NCBI GenBank assembly: GCA_000025185.1
Contig: CP001848.1
Span: forward strand, 3,240,001 to 3,272,000
DNA length: 32,000 bases
Source: Pirellula staleyi DSM 6068
Lineage (GTDB): Bacteria > Planctomycetota > Planctomycetia > Pirellulales > Pirellulaceae
Reading direction: 5' to 3'
This document shows, piece after piece, positions 24,501-32,000 of the stretch (its first letter is position 1; the number at the start of each line of letters is the position of its first letter). Made by a program: the position numbers and the translations under genes. Under the pieces are notes generated by a model. The model had not been told where the DNA came from, made no database searches, and saw only the letters and a list, made by a program, of their open reading frames with translations.

Positions 24501-24633
24501 CGACGCTGTTGCCAGCTCTCCGGACGCCGTGCCCGCTGCAGAACCAGAGGCGGAGAAAATGCCGGCTGCTGAGAAGCCAGAAGCTCAAAAGCCAGAGGAG
24601 CAGAAGCCGGCTGCCGAGCAACCGGCTCCATAA
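21532..24633 (+). CDS. Large (1033 aa) secreted helical/TPR-like repeat protein with a Pro/Glu/Ala/Lys-rich tail
   Basis: The signal-like N-terminus is VLGLVLGAILLGAPANVWSQTA. TPR-like segments include AAQMLEQSVKLAGSFEAYFQLATCYQRMDKKLDAIEAFKGALQL and DLAKTFYLKAWGND. The C-terminus is PAAEPEAEKMPAAEKPEAQKPEEQKPAAEQPAP. No catalytic motif was recognised. Confidence 0.7.
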   Translation: MAGSKVTVRVEVFHQQRLLAQRVLGLVLGAILLGAPANVWSQTAATAPEVKAELPNQLVLASGAGSQIDIDQKRSQGILARELFRQAFIIAAAETNNVAAYDLNLGQRGPEGCPQVDLKLLANPGLVFQLSVVQGTPGMQGKTEHLRPHAADSFSNRVEEAEQFSRGLFGVMLEKVARRGSPTFYRNPRELLPQVPPLLADMNFVSQWHAAALLHEDIEKRGYTVHNLAALSRAYSNLGILTDRHFHPTNKVFRARALLYAQRMVRDGRAKGLAHETRAYAYMLLGMPLLALEDLLAIEGLKEEERQGMVGLAPLMKSYLDFDYLALEPDRHPDSLRQLATLLSYLAREYSYDDNAKAIAAMKVMESMPQCYRVVAEISENRELGTARQATGVSPLLTGATLYSRIAKLPSLPPAIKKLADEGLVLTTGGGPLGSHDVRAELVLRGKLIAALQAADGAVGEQQRLTFPTLGFLLSDHSFMEVVRLAEVLVHKLAVPLDPGFEVFEPIYKPHPYSYVVDSYRGSLELRQVAIGKAKQESCANLDMNARALLPVIDGAQAAMVGQWSQTRDKLARQTDMTGADLSRLFSRLPQAPGARPDQLAEAFYETWPNSTLARQAMINHNWRAVKLDLDVWINRTAQEPLLTPALAQRLIAEREFEKAAQMLEQSVKLAGSFEAYFQLATCYQRMDKKLDAIEAFKGALQLPDRGLSRAKFNEYIAREYLKLDRAQDALPYAEAAADSYSEWGLRVAGETHEILRSWADAEKYFKAASLRYGTTDWYRFTHGTPFGDYEGAREFMRKAALDDRNGRLGVTTRAHLLLLSDKQEVAADYLQRQVQQNPRATTLRLLLASACDQKGDAKARDAALRQILADDAAQKSNLNHPAWDICHIKLAEAILADVEKGSRGELDPQAIDAASERAESDDGRIDLYYLAGRYCELREKKDLAKTFYLKAWGNDFVNYNTRYAAGERLERMGVDARSILTESQKKLYGDAVASSPDAVPAAEPEAEKMPAAEKPEAQKPEEQKPAAEQPAP

Positions 24634-24650
24634 GTCTTAGCCGCCTGGCG

Positions 24651-26312
24651 CTATGGCTTGGCGAGCAACTCGAGCGACTGCAGGAACGTTTCGGTCTTGC
24701 GCAGCGTGTCGAGGTAAAGCTCGTGATCGAACATCAGGTAGCCATGTTTTCCCCCGTCGTTGATGTCGAGCTCGCAGCGATTCCCGGCTTTTTGCATCGC
24801 ATCACAAAACGCCTGAGCGCCGGCAAACGGAGTCACCGTATCGCCTGTTCCATGAAACAGCAGCGTCGGGGGCAACTTCTCGCGGACCTGATGCACGGGG
24901 GATAGCTCCTGCCAGCGCTCGCCGATCTTCGCGTTGCCGTAGCCCGCTTTCGAGGTGTCGATCACGGGAAACAGCAGCACTAGCGCACGTGGCATGCTGG
25001 TCACTTCGGTCGATTCTCCCGCTTCATCCTGGCCATCGAACAGCGCCGTTCCGGCCGCGACATGTCCCCCGGCGGAACCTCCACTGACCACGATTTTATC
25101 GGGATCAATCCCCAGCAGATCGGCATGGCTTTTGACGAATCGAACAGCCGATCGACCATCTTTCACGCAGTCCAGAACGGTTGTCCCTTGTTTCGGATCG
25201 AGCAGCCGATACTGCACGCTGATGCCGACCATGCCAAGTTTGGCAAAGTGCTCGGCAAAGGGATACATCCGCTGCGGCTCTCCCCCGGTCCAGCCACCGC
25301 CATGGATCACCAGGAAGCAGGCTCGGCGATCGCTCGCTTTCCAGCCGTCGGGCTCAAACACGTGGAGATAGAGCTCGCGGCCTCCCACTTTTTTGTAAAC
25401 GATTTGACGTGCTGGCGCGAGATCGGCGGCCAGTTTCCCCACGGCATCGAGCGGCTTGGGAGCCGCTTGATTAGGCTCCGCGATCCCAGCATGCTGGACG
25501 ATGAATTTGACGATCGGCGTGGGATCATCGAGACCGTGCGGATGATGTCCGACGCCAGGCTTAGCAATCAGCGTGATCGATCCTCCGAGCTGACGATAAC
25601 GCTCGGCTATTACGCCAGTGTTTTCGTCCCATGGCACCACATCGTCGGCGTCGCCATAGACATGGAGCAGCGGAACCTTGGCAGCAGCGAGGGGGGCGAG
25701 GTTGTCGACCGGGTTCTGCTTGGAAGCGAGGGCCGCAGCGTCGTCGGCAAAACCAAAACGCTCGAGGACGAGCATCCAGTCGCGCGGGCTCCCTTTCCCC
25801 TTTCCCTTACCACCCGGCCAGCTCTTGAAATCGCAGACCGGAGCGTCGCCATAGATGCAGGCGACCTTGTCGGGGTTAGCGGCGGCCCAGTTGTAGCAGT
25901 AGAGTCCGCCGCGACTCAGGCCGACGAGCGCCACCTTTTTCGCGAGGCCATGTTTTTCGGTTAGCTGCTGATAACAGCGGTTCCAGTCCTCGACCGCGCC
26001 CGGAGCGCCGAGCATATCAGGAACTCTCACGTAGACGATATGAAACCCGCGCTTCAAAAGTTCGATATCGGGGGCTGGCTTGTGACCAAAAAATTCACCG
26101 TGCCAGACCCAGGGCCGTCCTTCCGCCGCTGCTTTGGGAAGGACGACAAGGACAGGCTTGCCCGCGATCTCGAAATCAAAACGTCGAAAGCCGTTCCACT
26201 CACTTTCGGTCCCTGGAAAAACGGTAGCAGCACTTTCCTCGGCATGCGCGGCTGTTAATTGCGAAAGCGTTAGGAAGAGCGCGAGTGATACGATCCAAAT
26301 GCGGCCAAACAT
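24651..26312 (-). CDS. Secreted tandem alpha/beta-hydrolase (esterase/lipase-type) protein
   Basis: Signal peptide MFGRIWIVSLALFLTLSQLTAAHA. There are two nucleophile elbows, VGLSRGG (N-terminal domain) and VSGGSAGGHVA (C-terminal domain). The C-terminal domain is preceded by the oxyanion-type FLVIHGGGWTGG typical of the Abhydrolase_3/HSL family. Confidence 0.85.
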   Translation of the reverse strand: MFGRIWIVSLALFLTLSQLTAAHAEESAATVFPGTESEWNGFRRFDFEIAGKPVLVVLPKAAAEGRPWVWHGEFFGHKPAPDIELLKRGFHIVYVRVPDMLGAPGAVEDWNRCYQQLTEKHGLAKKVALVGLSRGGLYCYNWAAANPDKVACIYGDAPVCDFKSWPGGKGKGKGSPRDWMLVLERFGFADDAAALASKQNPVDNLAPLAAAKVPLLHVYGDADDVVPWDENTGVIAERYRQLGGSITLIAKPGVGHHPHGLDDPTPIVKFIVQHAGIAEPNQAAPKPLDAVGKLAADLAPARQIVYKKVGGRELYLHVFEPDGWKASDRRACFLVIHGGGWTGGEPQRMYPFAEHFAKLGMVGISVQYRLLDPKQGTTVLDCVKDGRSAVRFVKSHADLLGIDPDKIVVSGGSAGGHVAAGTALFDGQDEAGESTEVTSMPRALVLLFPVIDTSKAGYGNAKIGERWQELSPVHQVREKLPPTLLFHGTGDTVTPFAGAQAFCDAMQKAGNRCELDINDGGKHGYLMFDHELYLDTLRKTETFLQSLELLAKP

Positions 26313-26400
26313 GGGGGATTCTCGAGCGTTTAAAGTTAAGGGCAGCGTTCCGTCGGATGTGAATAATCGGCTGTGAAGCAGCTGTGCCGTGGGAAGTCGT

Positions 26401-27138
26401 TTATTTCGTATCTGGCTTGTTATCCGCTGCCGAAGTGCCGAGTGCTTGCTCGATCACTTGGGCCACTTGATCGGCCAGAAGCTGCGAGCCCTCTTTGGTG
26501 AAGTGGACATCGCTTGGGATTTGCGCCGTCTTGAGATGGGGGGTAATCGTGGCGCTGAGGTCGTTGATCTCGACACCATTTTCTTCCATCACGCGCTGGG
26601 CAATCGCGTTGTACTCATCGATGCTGCCGAAACGCCGCGTGGGGCTAATCACACCTCCATTGGGAACCGGTGTTGTGGTCCCCCAAATGAGCTTCGCGCC
26701 AGTCGCTTTCAACTTTTTCACGACCGCCCGAAGATTCGCTTCGTAAACATCGGGAGGGGCGTGGCGCACACCCTCCGGAGGCAACTTGGCATCGTGTAGG
26801 CCGAAGTTAAAGTGAATCACATCCCACTTCTTTTTACCGAGCCAAGCGTCGAGATTTGTTAGTCCGTTTTGCGTACTGCTGCAGTTCGTAAGTGGCCGAT
26901 GAACGTTCGCTTTCTCCTTGAGCAGTTCCCGCACCGGCAGGGTGTAACCAATCGAAATCGAATCGCCGATCAGCAGCACGCGCGGAAGTCCTGCGACATC
27001 GTCGATCGGTGCCATTGCGCCGGTTGCTCCTTTGCCTTTCGCTTTCGGCTGCTCCTGGGCGTGGAGAGTGGCTGTGGCGGCGAGCCAACCGGCGACGACA
27101 AGAACGGGCCAGCTTCGGAGCAAGGGTGGGTGAAACAT
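26401..27138 (-). CDS. Secreted SGNH/GDSL-family hydrolase
   Basis: Signal peptide (WPVLVVAGWLAATATLHAQE). The block I motif is VLLIGDSISIGYT, and GLHD, GTTTP and DVHFTKEGS follow in SGNH block order. Confidence 0.85.
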   Translation of the reverse strand: MFHPPLLRSWPVLVVAGWLAATATLHAQEQPKAKGKGATGAMAPIDDVAGLPRVLLIGDSISIGYTLPVRELLKEKANVHRPLTNCSSTQNGLTNLDAWLGKKKWDVIHFNFGLHDAKLPPEGVRHAPPDVYEANLRAVVKKLKATGAKLIWGTTTPVPNGGVISPTRRFGSIDEYNAIAQRVMEENGVEINDLSATITPHLKTAQIPSDVHFTKEGSQLLADQVAQVIEQALGTSAADNKPDTK

Positions 27139-27399
27139 CGTGAGGCTATCCTGGGAGAGAGGCGCGGGGGAGCTATCAGCAGCTTAGCCCACCAGAAGGG
27201 CGTAGCACGTATTCTGCATGGTGGCGCGGCCGCTGCAAGCATTCGAGCGCTCGAGATGGTGGTCGCGCAGTGCTGCGGGGGAGACTCGCGACGCAATTTT
27301 CTGGAAGCCGCTCGATCCTTAGCTTGGCAGTGCTCGCGCGAGCGACGATACTGCCCAATGACCGCTGCCACACGATGCGCTTCCACCCTGGAGAGACCG

Positions 27400-28320
27400 A
27401 TGAACGTTCGTATGCTGCTGAACCTGCTGCTCGTCGCCAGTGCCGCGCTGCTGTGCAGTGCTGCTACGGCGGCCGAGATGGAAGTGACCGCTCCACCGGC
27501 GGAACTGAAGCTCGATCCGGTCTATACCAAGTACATCAGCGCCGAGGGATATCCGATCATCGCCAGCGCGAAGGTGAACGACTACGCGCTGAAGGAAGCG
27601 GCCTACCTGGTGAACATGCTGCTGGCCAAGCGACCCGATGTTCGCAAGGCGATGATTCACAGCGGATCGCGACTGATCATCATGGCACACAACGAATACA
27701 CGACCGACGTTCCCGAGCACTCGCATCTGAAACCGAAAGATTTTTGGGATGCCCGGGCGCGAGGGCTCGGTGGTTCCCAGACCGATCCCGTTTGCTCGTG
27801 TGGCGAAGAGAATTTGCTCTGCTTCGAGGGGGACCCGTATCACACCGAAAACATTTTGATCCACGAATTTGCCCACAACATTCATTTGCGTGGCATGGTG
27901 AATGTCGATCCCACCTTCGATGACCGGGTGAAGCAAGCGTATGACGCGGCGATGAAAGCGGGGCTTTGGAAAGGGAAGTATGGCTCGACGAACCATCACG
28001 AGTATTTTGCCGAAGGGGTGCAGTCGTGGTTCGACAACAATCGCGAGCCCGATCACGATCACAACCATGTGAACACGCGCAAAGAATTGCTCGAGTACGA
28101 TCCGAAGCTCGCTTCCCTGTGCCAAGAGATTTTTGGGGACACTCAGCTGGTCTACACCAAACCGATCACGCGGCTCGAAGCACACATGACGGGCTACGAT
28201 CCGGCCACTGCACCGAAATTCGTTTGGCCCGAGCGGCTGACGGCGGTGAAAGCGGAAATCAAAGCCAAAGCTCAAAAACGGAGCGATGAGGCCAATGCCT
28301 CGCCAAAACAGCCGGAATAG
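27400..28320 (+). CDS. Secreted putative zinc metallohydrolase (HExxH)
   Basis: The ATG at 27400 gives the signal peptide MNVRMLLNLLLVASAALLCSAATAAE. The motif is ILIHEFAHNIH, with a downstream HHEYFAEGVQSWF that could supply a third-ligand Glu (gluzincin-like). The ORF track start at 26869 overlaps the opposite-strand SGNH gene and was rejected. Confidence 0.65.
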   Translation: MNVRMLLNLLLVASAALLCSAATAAEMEVTAPPAELKLDPVYTKYISAEGYPIIASAKVNDYALKEAAYLVNMLLAKRPDVRKAMIHSGSRLIIMAHNEYTTDVPEHSHLKPKDFWDARARGLGGSQTDPVCSCGEENLLCFEGDPYHTENILIHEFAHNIHLRGMVNVDPTFDDRVKQAYDAAMKAGLWKGKYGSTNHHEYFAEGVQSWFDNNREPDHDHNHVNTRKELLEYDPKLASLCQEIFGDTQLVYTKPITRLEAHMTGYDPATAPKFVWPERLTAVKAEIKAKAQKRSDEANASPKQPE

Positions 28321-28384
28321 CTGCTGATCGAGTAGCTATCGACTTAGTAGCTGCTGATCGCCCAGCGGCAATGCCGCACGAGTC

Positions 28385-28741
28385 TTACGTCGGCCATTGC
28401 CGAAAGACGACGCAAACCGTGGTGGGATCGAGCACCGCAAACTCGCGTGCTCCCCATGGACGGAGCGAAACGGTCTTGCAGTTGGGGTGGAGTAGCTCGG
28501 CAGCACGGCTCTCGATCTCTCGAAACAGAGCGTCGATATCGTCGGTTTCGATCGCCAGTTCCGGTCGATCTTTGGCGGCATACTCGGGGCTTTCGACGAT
28601 GTAGGCCTTGGCACCATCGCGGGCCACTACCGCCAGCGAGGCGTCCTGATAGAGCACCTCGAAGCCGAGCCCGCGCACGAAAAAGTCGAGCCCTTCGTGC
28701 AACTTGTTGTAGAAGATTTTGGGTATCAGGTTCTTGAGCAT
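28385..28741 (-). CDS. Glyoxalase/bleomycin-resistance (VOC) family-like small protein
   Basis: 118 aa from ATG 28741: MLKNLIPKIFYNKLHEGLDFFVRGLGFEV...ELAIETDDIDALFREIESRAAELLHP...LRPWGAREFAVLDPTTVCVVFRQ. This beta-alpha-beta-beta-beta pattern and the 'pWG.ref.v.DP.g' ending are typical of VOC proteins. The ORF track extends to 29275 through an Arg/Ala-rich frame that overlaps the next gene. Confidence 0.65.
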   Translation of the reverse strand: MLKNLIPKIFYNKLHEGLDFFVRGLGFEVLYQDASLAVVARDGAKAYIVESPEYAAKDRPELAIETDDIDALFREIESRAAELLHPNCKTVSLRPWGAREFAVLDPTTVCVVFRQWPT

Positions 28742-28812
28742 CGCATTTCCTCGGGGGGAGATGACCGAGCAGACAGCTGCGCCGCTGTTTCTCTCGCAGG
28801 GCTGGAAATCCA

Positions 28813-29727
28813 CTAGCCAAGCACAACCTGGGCAATCGCATCGGCCAGCGCGGTAGCGGCCGGGGTATGATGACGAAGCCAAAGCTCGGGCTCGATTAGT
28901 TCGAGCTCCATGACGACGTAATTCCCTTGATGATCGCGGACGATATCGACCCGGCCATAGACCGGCGCTGGGTCGCAGGCAGCCATCGCGCGCTGGGCGA
29001 ACTCGATCTGCGCGGGAGGTGGCTCGTACGGATGAACCGTTCCGCCATGATCGTCTTGCACGCGAAAATCGCCCCGCTTGGGGAGCTTTCGGACGGCATG
29101 CGTGAACTGGCCGCCGACGATCATCAGCGTATCTTCTCCCTGCTCGAGCACACTCGTTTGAAACGGTTGCAGCAGAAGCGATTCGTCGAGCAGCAGTTTC
29201 TCGACAGTCGGCTGCAGACTCGCGGCACTGGTGTGGTTGACGCGATAGGTGTGACGAGCCGCGCCGGAGACGCAAGGCTTAATGATCGCTTCGGCCCAGC
29301 CCGTTTCGTCGAGTAGCGCTGCGAGCTTCGGGCTGCTGCCACGCTCGACGAACTTCGTCGGCACGACCGGGATCCCTCTCGCCTCGAGATCGGCGAGGTA
29401 GTGCTTGTCCATGTTCCAGGTGACGAGCGCGGCGTCGTTGCACAGCCGCGTTTGCGTGCGCACCTGGTTCAGCCAGCGAGTGAACTGGCTGCGCCGGTCG
29501 AAATAGTCCCACGTCGTTCGGAAAACAGCGACGTCGAACTTCGACCAGTCGACGTCGGGGCTAGCCCAGTCGAGACGCTCCGACCAGATGCCGTGTCGCG
29601 CTAAAGCGGTCTGCAGCAACTGGTCGTCGCTCAAAATGTTTCCGAGATACCAGTCGCCTTCTGCGGCGACCGATGCGGTGTAGCGTGCTTCGGTGAGAAG
29701 TGCCACACGAGCCACGTGGAGGGGCAT
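28813..29727 (-). CDS. ATP-grasp fold ligase-like protein (RimK/GshB-like)
   Basis: 304 aa. The layout matches a small ATP-grasp enzyme: WNMDKHYLADLEARGIPVVPT, AIIKPCVSGAARHTYRV, LLLQPFQTSVLEQGEDTLMIVGGQFTHAVRK, and a C-terminal YGRVDIVRDHQGNYVVMELELIEPELW (metal-binding E-x-E/N region). The substrate is unknown. Confidence 0.65.
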   Translation of the reverse strand: MPLHVARVALLTEARYTASVAAEGDWYLGNILSDDQLLQTALARHGIWSERLDWASPDVDWSKFDVAVFRTTWDYFDRRSQFTRWLNQVRTQTRLCNDAALVTWNMDKHYLADLEARGIPVVPTKFVERGSSPKLAALLDETGWAEAIIKPCVSGAARHTYRVNHTSAASLQPTVEKLLLDESLLLQPFQTSVLEQGEDTLMIVGGQFTHAVRKLPKRGDFRVQDDHGGTVHPYEPPPAQIEFAQRAMAACDPAPVYGRVDIVRDHQGNYVVMELELIEPELWLRHHTPAATALADAIAQVVLG

Positions 29728-29800
29728 CTTTTCGATTGCTTCTTTGCTAGATGCCCCTGCTATTGGCCGTGGAGAGGAATTCCCCGATCCCTCCCAAATC

Positions 29801-30922
29801 CTATTTTTTCAGGAGGTCGACCATGGCCCAGCCGAGCGAGTTGCCGACCTCGAAGTAGGTTTCGGCATTGTGATTGTAATGATAGCCTTGGTTGTTAGGG
29901 GAGACCGAAGCATCGCGCCAGAAGGGGCGAACATCGACCGACTTTACGTTCCCGGCGAACTCGGGATACTTCCCTTTCTCACCACTCACGGCGAGCTGAG
30001 CCTCGGCGATTTGCAAAGCAAAGCCTTCGAGCCCGGGAGTGCCGCAACCAGTGGCGACCACGAACTTGGCATTCGGGGCATCGAAGTCCTTCCGCAGCGT
30101 CTTGATCAGATGGACGAGGTTTTGCTCGTAGCGCCCAGCGTGCGCGGCGTTTTGATCTTTGTGACCTTGCCACCAGACGAAGCCAGCGACCTCATATCCC
30201 TGACCCTTGTAGCCGGGATAGTATTTTTCCAGGTTCTTCAGAACTGCTTTGGCGTGCGCGGTGTCGGCGTCGTACTGACGGCCGGCATACCACGAAACCG
30301 GTTTGGGCTCGGTCCCCTTTTCCCAGAAGTTGCTTACATCTTTGTAGCCGGCGTAGATCTTCCCTTCGTGTTCGAATCGCTCGCTGCCAGGGGGGAGCAA
30401 GTCCCAGCCAAGGCTGCGGTTGCCGATGCACGCTTTCAGCAGCAGCACTGGTTCTTCGTGGAAAGTTCCCAGCACATGTCCAAACCCGAGTTCGGGTCCG
30501 AACGATTTGTTGGGGGTGAGCCATTCGTTGCGGACATCGCCAAACTTTTCCATGTCCTTGTAGTCGACGCCGCGCTGATCCATCACATGAACGTAGCGCA
30601 CATCTTGCCGCGTGGTCCAGGCTCCAGCGTCGTCGATGAGGTAGGGATACTTCCCTTTTTCCTTCACCATGTACTCGAGGGTGCCGTTGAGCTCTTTGGG
30701 ACCGACCCGACCAAACCCGAGCATGTTCGATTGCCCGAGCATGATGTAGACCTTAATCGGCTTGGTGAGATCGGCCGGCTTTCCATCGGGGCGCGGCAGT
30801 TGATGCTGGGCCGTGGTGTCGGGCGAGGGGGGCGCAGCGGGAGCTTGGGCTGGCTCCGCAGCGTGCATCAGGCTGGCGGCTGTGAGTAGGATGAAACAGG
30901 CAAACGTGGCGCAGGACTTCAT
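29801..30922 (-). CDS. Secreted SASA/DUF303-family carbohydrate esterase (sialate O-acetylesterase-like)
   Basis: The ATG at 30922 gives the signal peptide MKSCATFACFILLTAASLMHAAEP. The family hallmark is VYIMLGQSNMLGFG (GQSNM catalytic Ser block), with a later FVWWQGHKDQ block. The ORF track start at 31036 lacks a signal peptide context. Confidence 0.8.
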   Translation of the reverse strand: MKSCATFACFILLTAASLMHAAEPAQAPAAPPSPDTTAQHQLPRPDGKPADLTKPIKVYIMLGQSNMLGFGRVGPKELNGTLEYMVKEKGKYPYLIDDAGAWTTRQDVRYVHVMDQRGVDYKDMEKFGDVRNEWLTPNKSFGPELGFGHVLGTFHEEPVLLLKACIGNRSLGWDLLPPGSERFEHEGKIYAGYKDVSNFWEKGTEPKPVSWYAGRQYDADTAHAKAVLKNLEKYYPGYKGQGYEVAGFVWWQGHKDQNAAHAGRYEQNLVHLIKTLRKDFDAPNAKFVVATGCGTPGLEGFALQIAEAQLAVSGEKGKYPEFAGNVKSVDVRPFWRDASVSPNNQGYHYNHNAETYFEVGNSLGWAMVDLLKK

Positions 30923-30952
30923 GGGATGTCGTTCCTCTGTTAGTTTCAGCGA

Positions 30953-31765
30953 GTGCATGCATGCAATTTTAGTCGCAGCGATTTCCTCTCTCTTGGCCCA
31001 AAATCGCATCCAGCCGTGAATCCGCGCATAGAACATCTCGTTTCATCCCTTTCGCAGCCTGTGTCGCAGGTGGAAATCGGCCTGCTAGAACGGCTGTTCG
31101 ACCGTGCGCCGGATGTCGCGTTCTTTGTGAAGGACGCAGCGGGACGCTACGTCGCGGTGAACGAGTCGCTCGTGGCTCGGCACGGGCTCAAAAGCAAGTC
31201 GCAAGTGATTGGCAAATGCCCGCGCGATATTTGCCTCGGCGATTTAGGGCGGATCCCGACCGAGCAGGACGAAAAGGTGCTCCGAACAGGGCGTCCGCTG
31301 ATCGACCACCTCGAAATGCAGTGGCACCGTCCGCACGATCCGGTCTGGTGCCTGACGACAAAGCTTCCCATGTTTGCTCCCGACGGCGGCGTGGTGGGGC
31401 TGATCGGATTTTCTCGCGACATTCGGGTCCAGGTCCCATCGCACGAAATTCCGAGCGGTTTTGCCAGCGCTCTCGAGCAGTTCGAACAGAGCCTCTCGCC
31501 CGAGGTGACCCCCGCCTGGCTTGCCAGTCGCTCGCAGCTGTCGCCACAGCGGCTCGCGCGGCTGACCAAGCGGCTGTTTGGGCTGACCCCCAACCAGTTC
31601 ATCACCAAGTCGCGCATCGCAGCTGCCTCCCGGATGCTGCGTGATTCGGGAGATTCGGTCGCGGAGATCGCCCACGCCTGCGGCTTTTACGACCACAGCG
31701 CCTTCACCCGCGCGTTTCGCTCCGCCACCGGCCTCACCCCCACCGAATTCCGCGCCAGGCCCTAA
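30953..31765 (+). CDS. PAS-domain AraC/XylS-family transcriptional regulator
   Basis: The N-terminal PAS-like text is LLERLFDRAPDVAFFVKDAAGRYVAVNESLVARHG...VLRTGRPLIDHLE. The C-terminal AraC HTH reads LARLTKRLFGLTPNQFITKSRIAAASRMLRDSGDSVAEIAHACGFYDHSAFTRAFRSATGLTPTEFR. It is divergent from the esterase gene. The start is uncertain; an in-frame GTG near 31016 is an alternative. Confidence 0.85.
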   Translation: MHACNFSRSDFLSLGPKSHPAVNPRIEHLVSSLSQPVSQVEIGLLERLFDRAPDVAFFVKDAAGRYVAVNESLVARHGLKSKSQVIGKCPRDICLGDLGRIPTEQDEKVLRTGRPLIDHLEMQWHRPHDPVWCLTTKLPMFAPDGGVVGLIGFSRDIRVQVPSHEIPSGFASALEQFEQSLSPEVTPAWLASRSQLSPQRLARLTKRLFGLTPNQFITKSRIAAASRMLRDSGDSVAEIAHACGFYDHSAFTRAFRSATGLTPTEFRARP

Positions 31766-31932
31766 GCTATTACCAGATAAATGCTTGCCGCTTGCCGCAC
31801 AGTAAAAACGAAGGTCCGTTTTACACGATCAACAGGGGATTTTGGTTTCCACTCGGAAAACCGGGCTTCGGAGAGAGACTCCAAGCCACCAAAGAGAATG
31901 GGAGAGCCCTAAGCCCCCGCCACAAAAGAAAG

Positions 31933-32000
<68 letters not shown>

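Noticed and set aside
26869-27399. 5' extension of the HExxH ORF (ORF-track start at 26869)
   Set aside because: The extension overlaps the well-supported minus-strand SGNH gene (26401-27138) and encodes Arg/Cys-rich sequence. A clean signal peptide begins at the internal ATG at 27400.
27319-28275. 318-aa minus-strand ORF antisense to the HExxH gene, and similar long antisense ORFs (777-1430, 1611-2558, 3445-4017, 4988-5680, 8212-8934, 13334-14053, 25062-25964, 16268-16810)
   Set aside because: All are Arg/His/Gly-rich with no family signatures. Each fully overlaps a gene on the other strand that carries clear catalytic or structural motifs. They are GC-rich frame artefacts.
28742-29275. 5' extension of the VOC-family ORF to 29275
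   Set aside because: The extension is Arg/Ala-rich and overlaps the ATP-grasp gene (28813-29727) in another frame. The VOC-like domain is complete from the ATG at 28741.
29693-30889. 398-aa plus-strand ORF antisense to the SASA/DUF303 esterase gene
   Set aside because: It has no recognisable motifs. The opposite strand encodes a protein with a signal peptide and the diagnostic GQSNM block. Long antisense ORFs are expected in GC-rich DNA.

Overview
This is a GC-rich bacterial chromosomal window. Its gene content looks Planctomycetota-like (Pirellulales-type): an ECF sigma factor paired with a Ser/Thr kinase, N-terminal LExR-type motifs, and many signal-peptide hydrolases. That taxonomic guess is inference only. 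I support about 27 CDS and one partial tRNA-Arg(ACG) at the right edge. I saw no CRISPR array, transposase, integrase or rRNA.

Layout, left to right:
- 1-5013: a transglutaminase-like membrane protein (5' partial), a TonB-C protein, RNase HI and a secreted Asp-box-like propeller protein.
- 5025-8913, minus strand: an ECF sigma, a receptor Ser/Thr kinase and an acidic LExR protein, joined by two ATGA overlaps.
- 9308-10987: a small secreted Q/R-rich protein and a secreted GDD/GDN beta-helix-like repeat protein.
- 11213-17380, plus strand: the main finding. A TPR protein, two WXG100-like roughly 85-aa helical proteins that carry W-x-D instead of W-x-G, a 182-aa helical protein, and a 1312-aa membrane FtsK/SpoIIIE ATPase with degenerate-active-degenerate P-loop domains. 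Together these form a divergent, minimal Type VII secretion-like (ESX/Ess-like) module outside Actinobacteria and Firmicutes.
- 17377-18851, minus strand: a tandem pair of Pol-beta-superfamily nucleotidyltransferases.
- 19118-31765: a TfoX-C protein, then an island rich in secreted esterases and hydrolases (two SGNH, a double alpha/beta hydrolase, an HExxH protein, a SASA/DUF303 esterase), a large TPR protein, a VOC protein, an ATP-grasp protein and a PAS-AraC regulator.

All family assignments come from motifs read by eye in the supplied translations. No database search was run.
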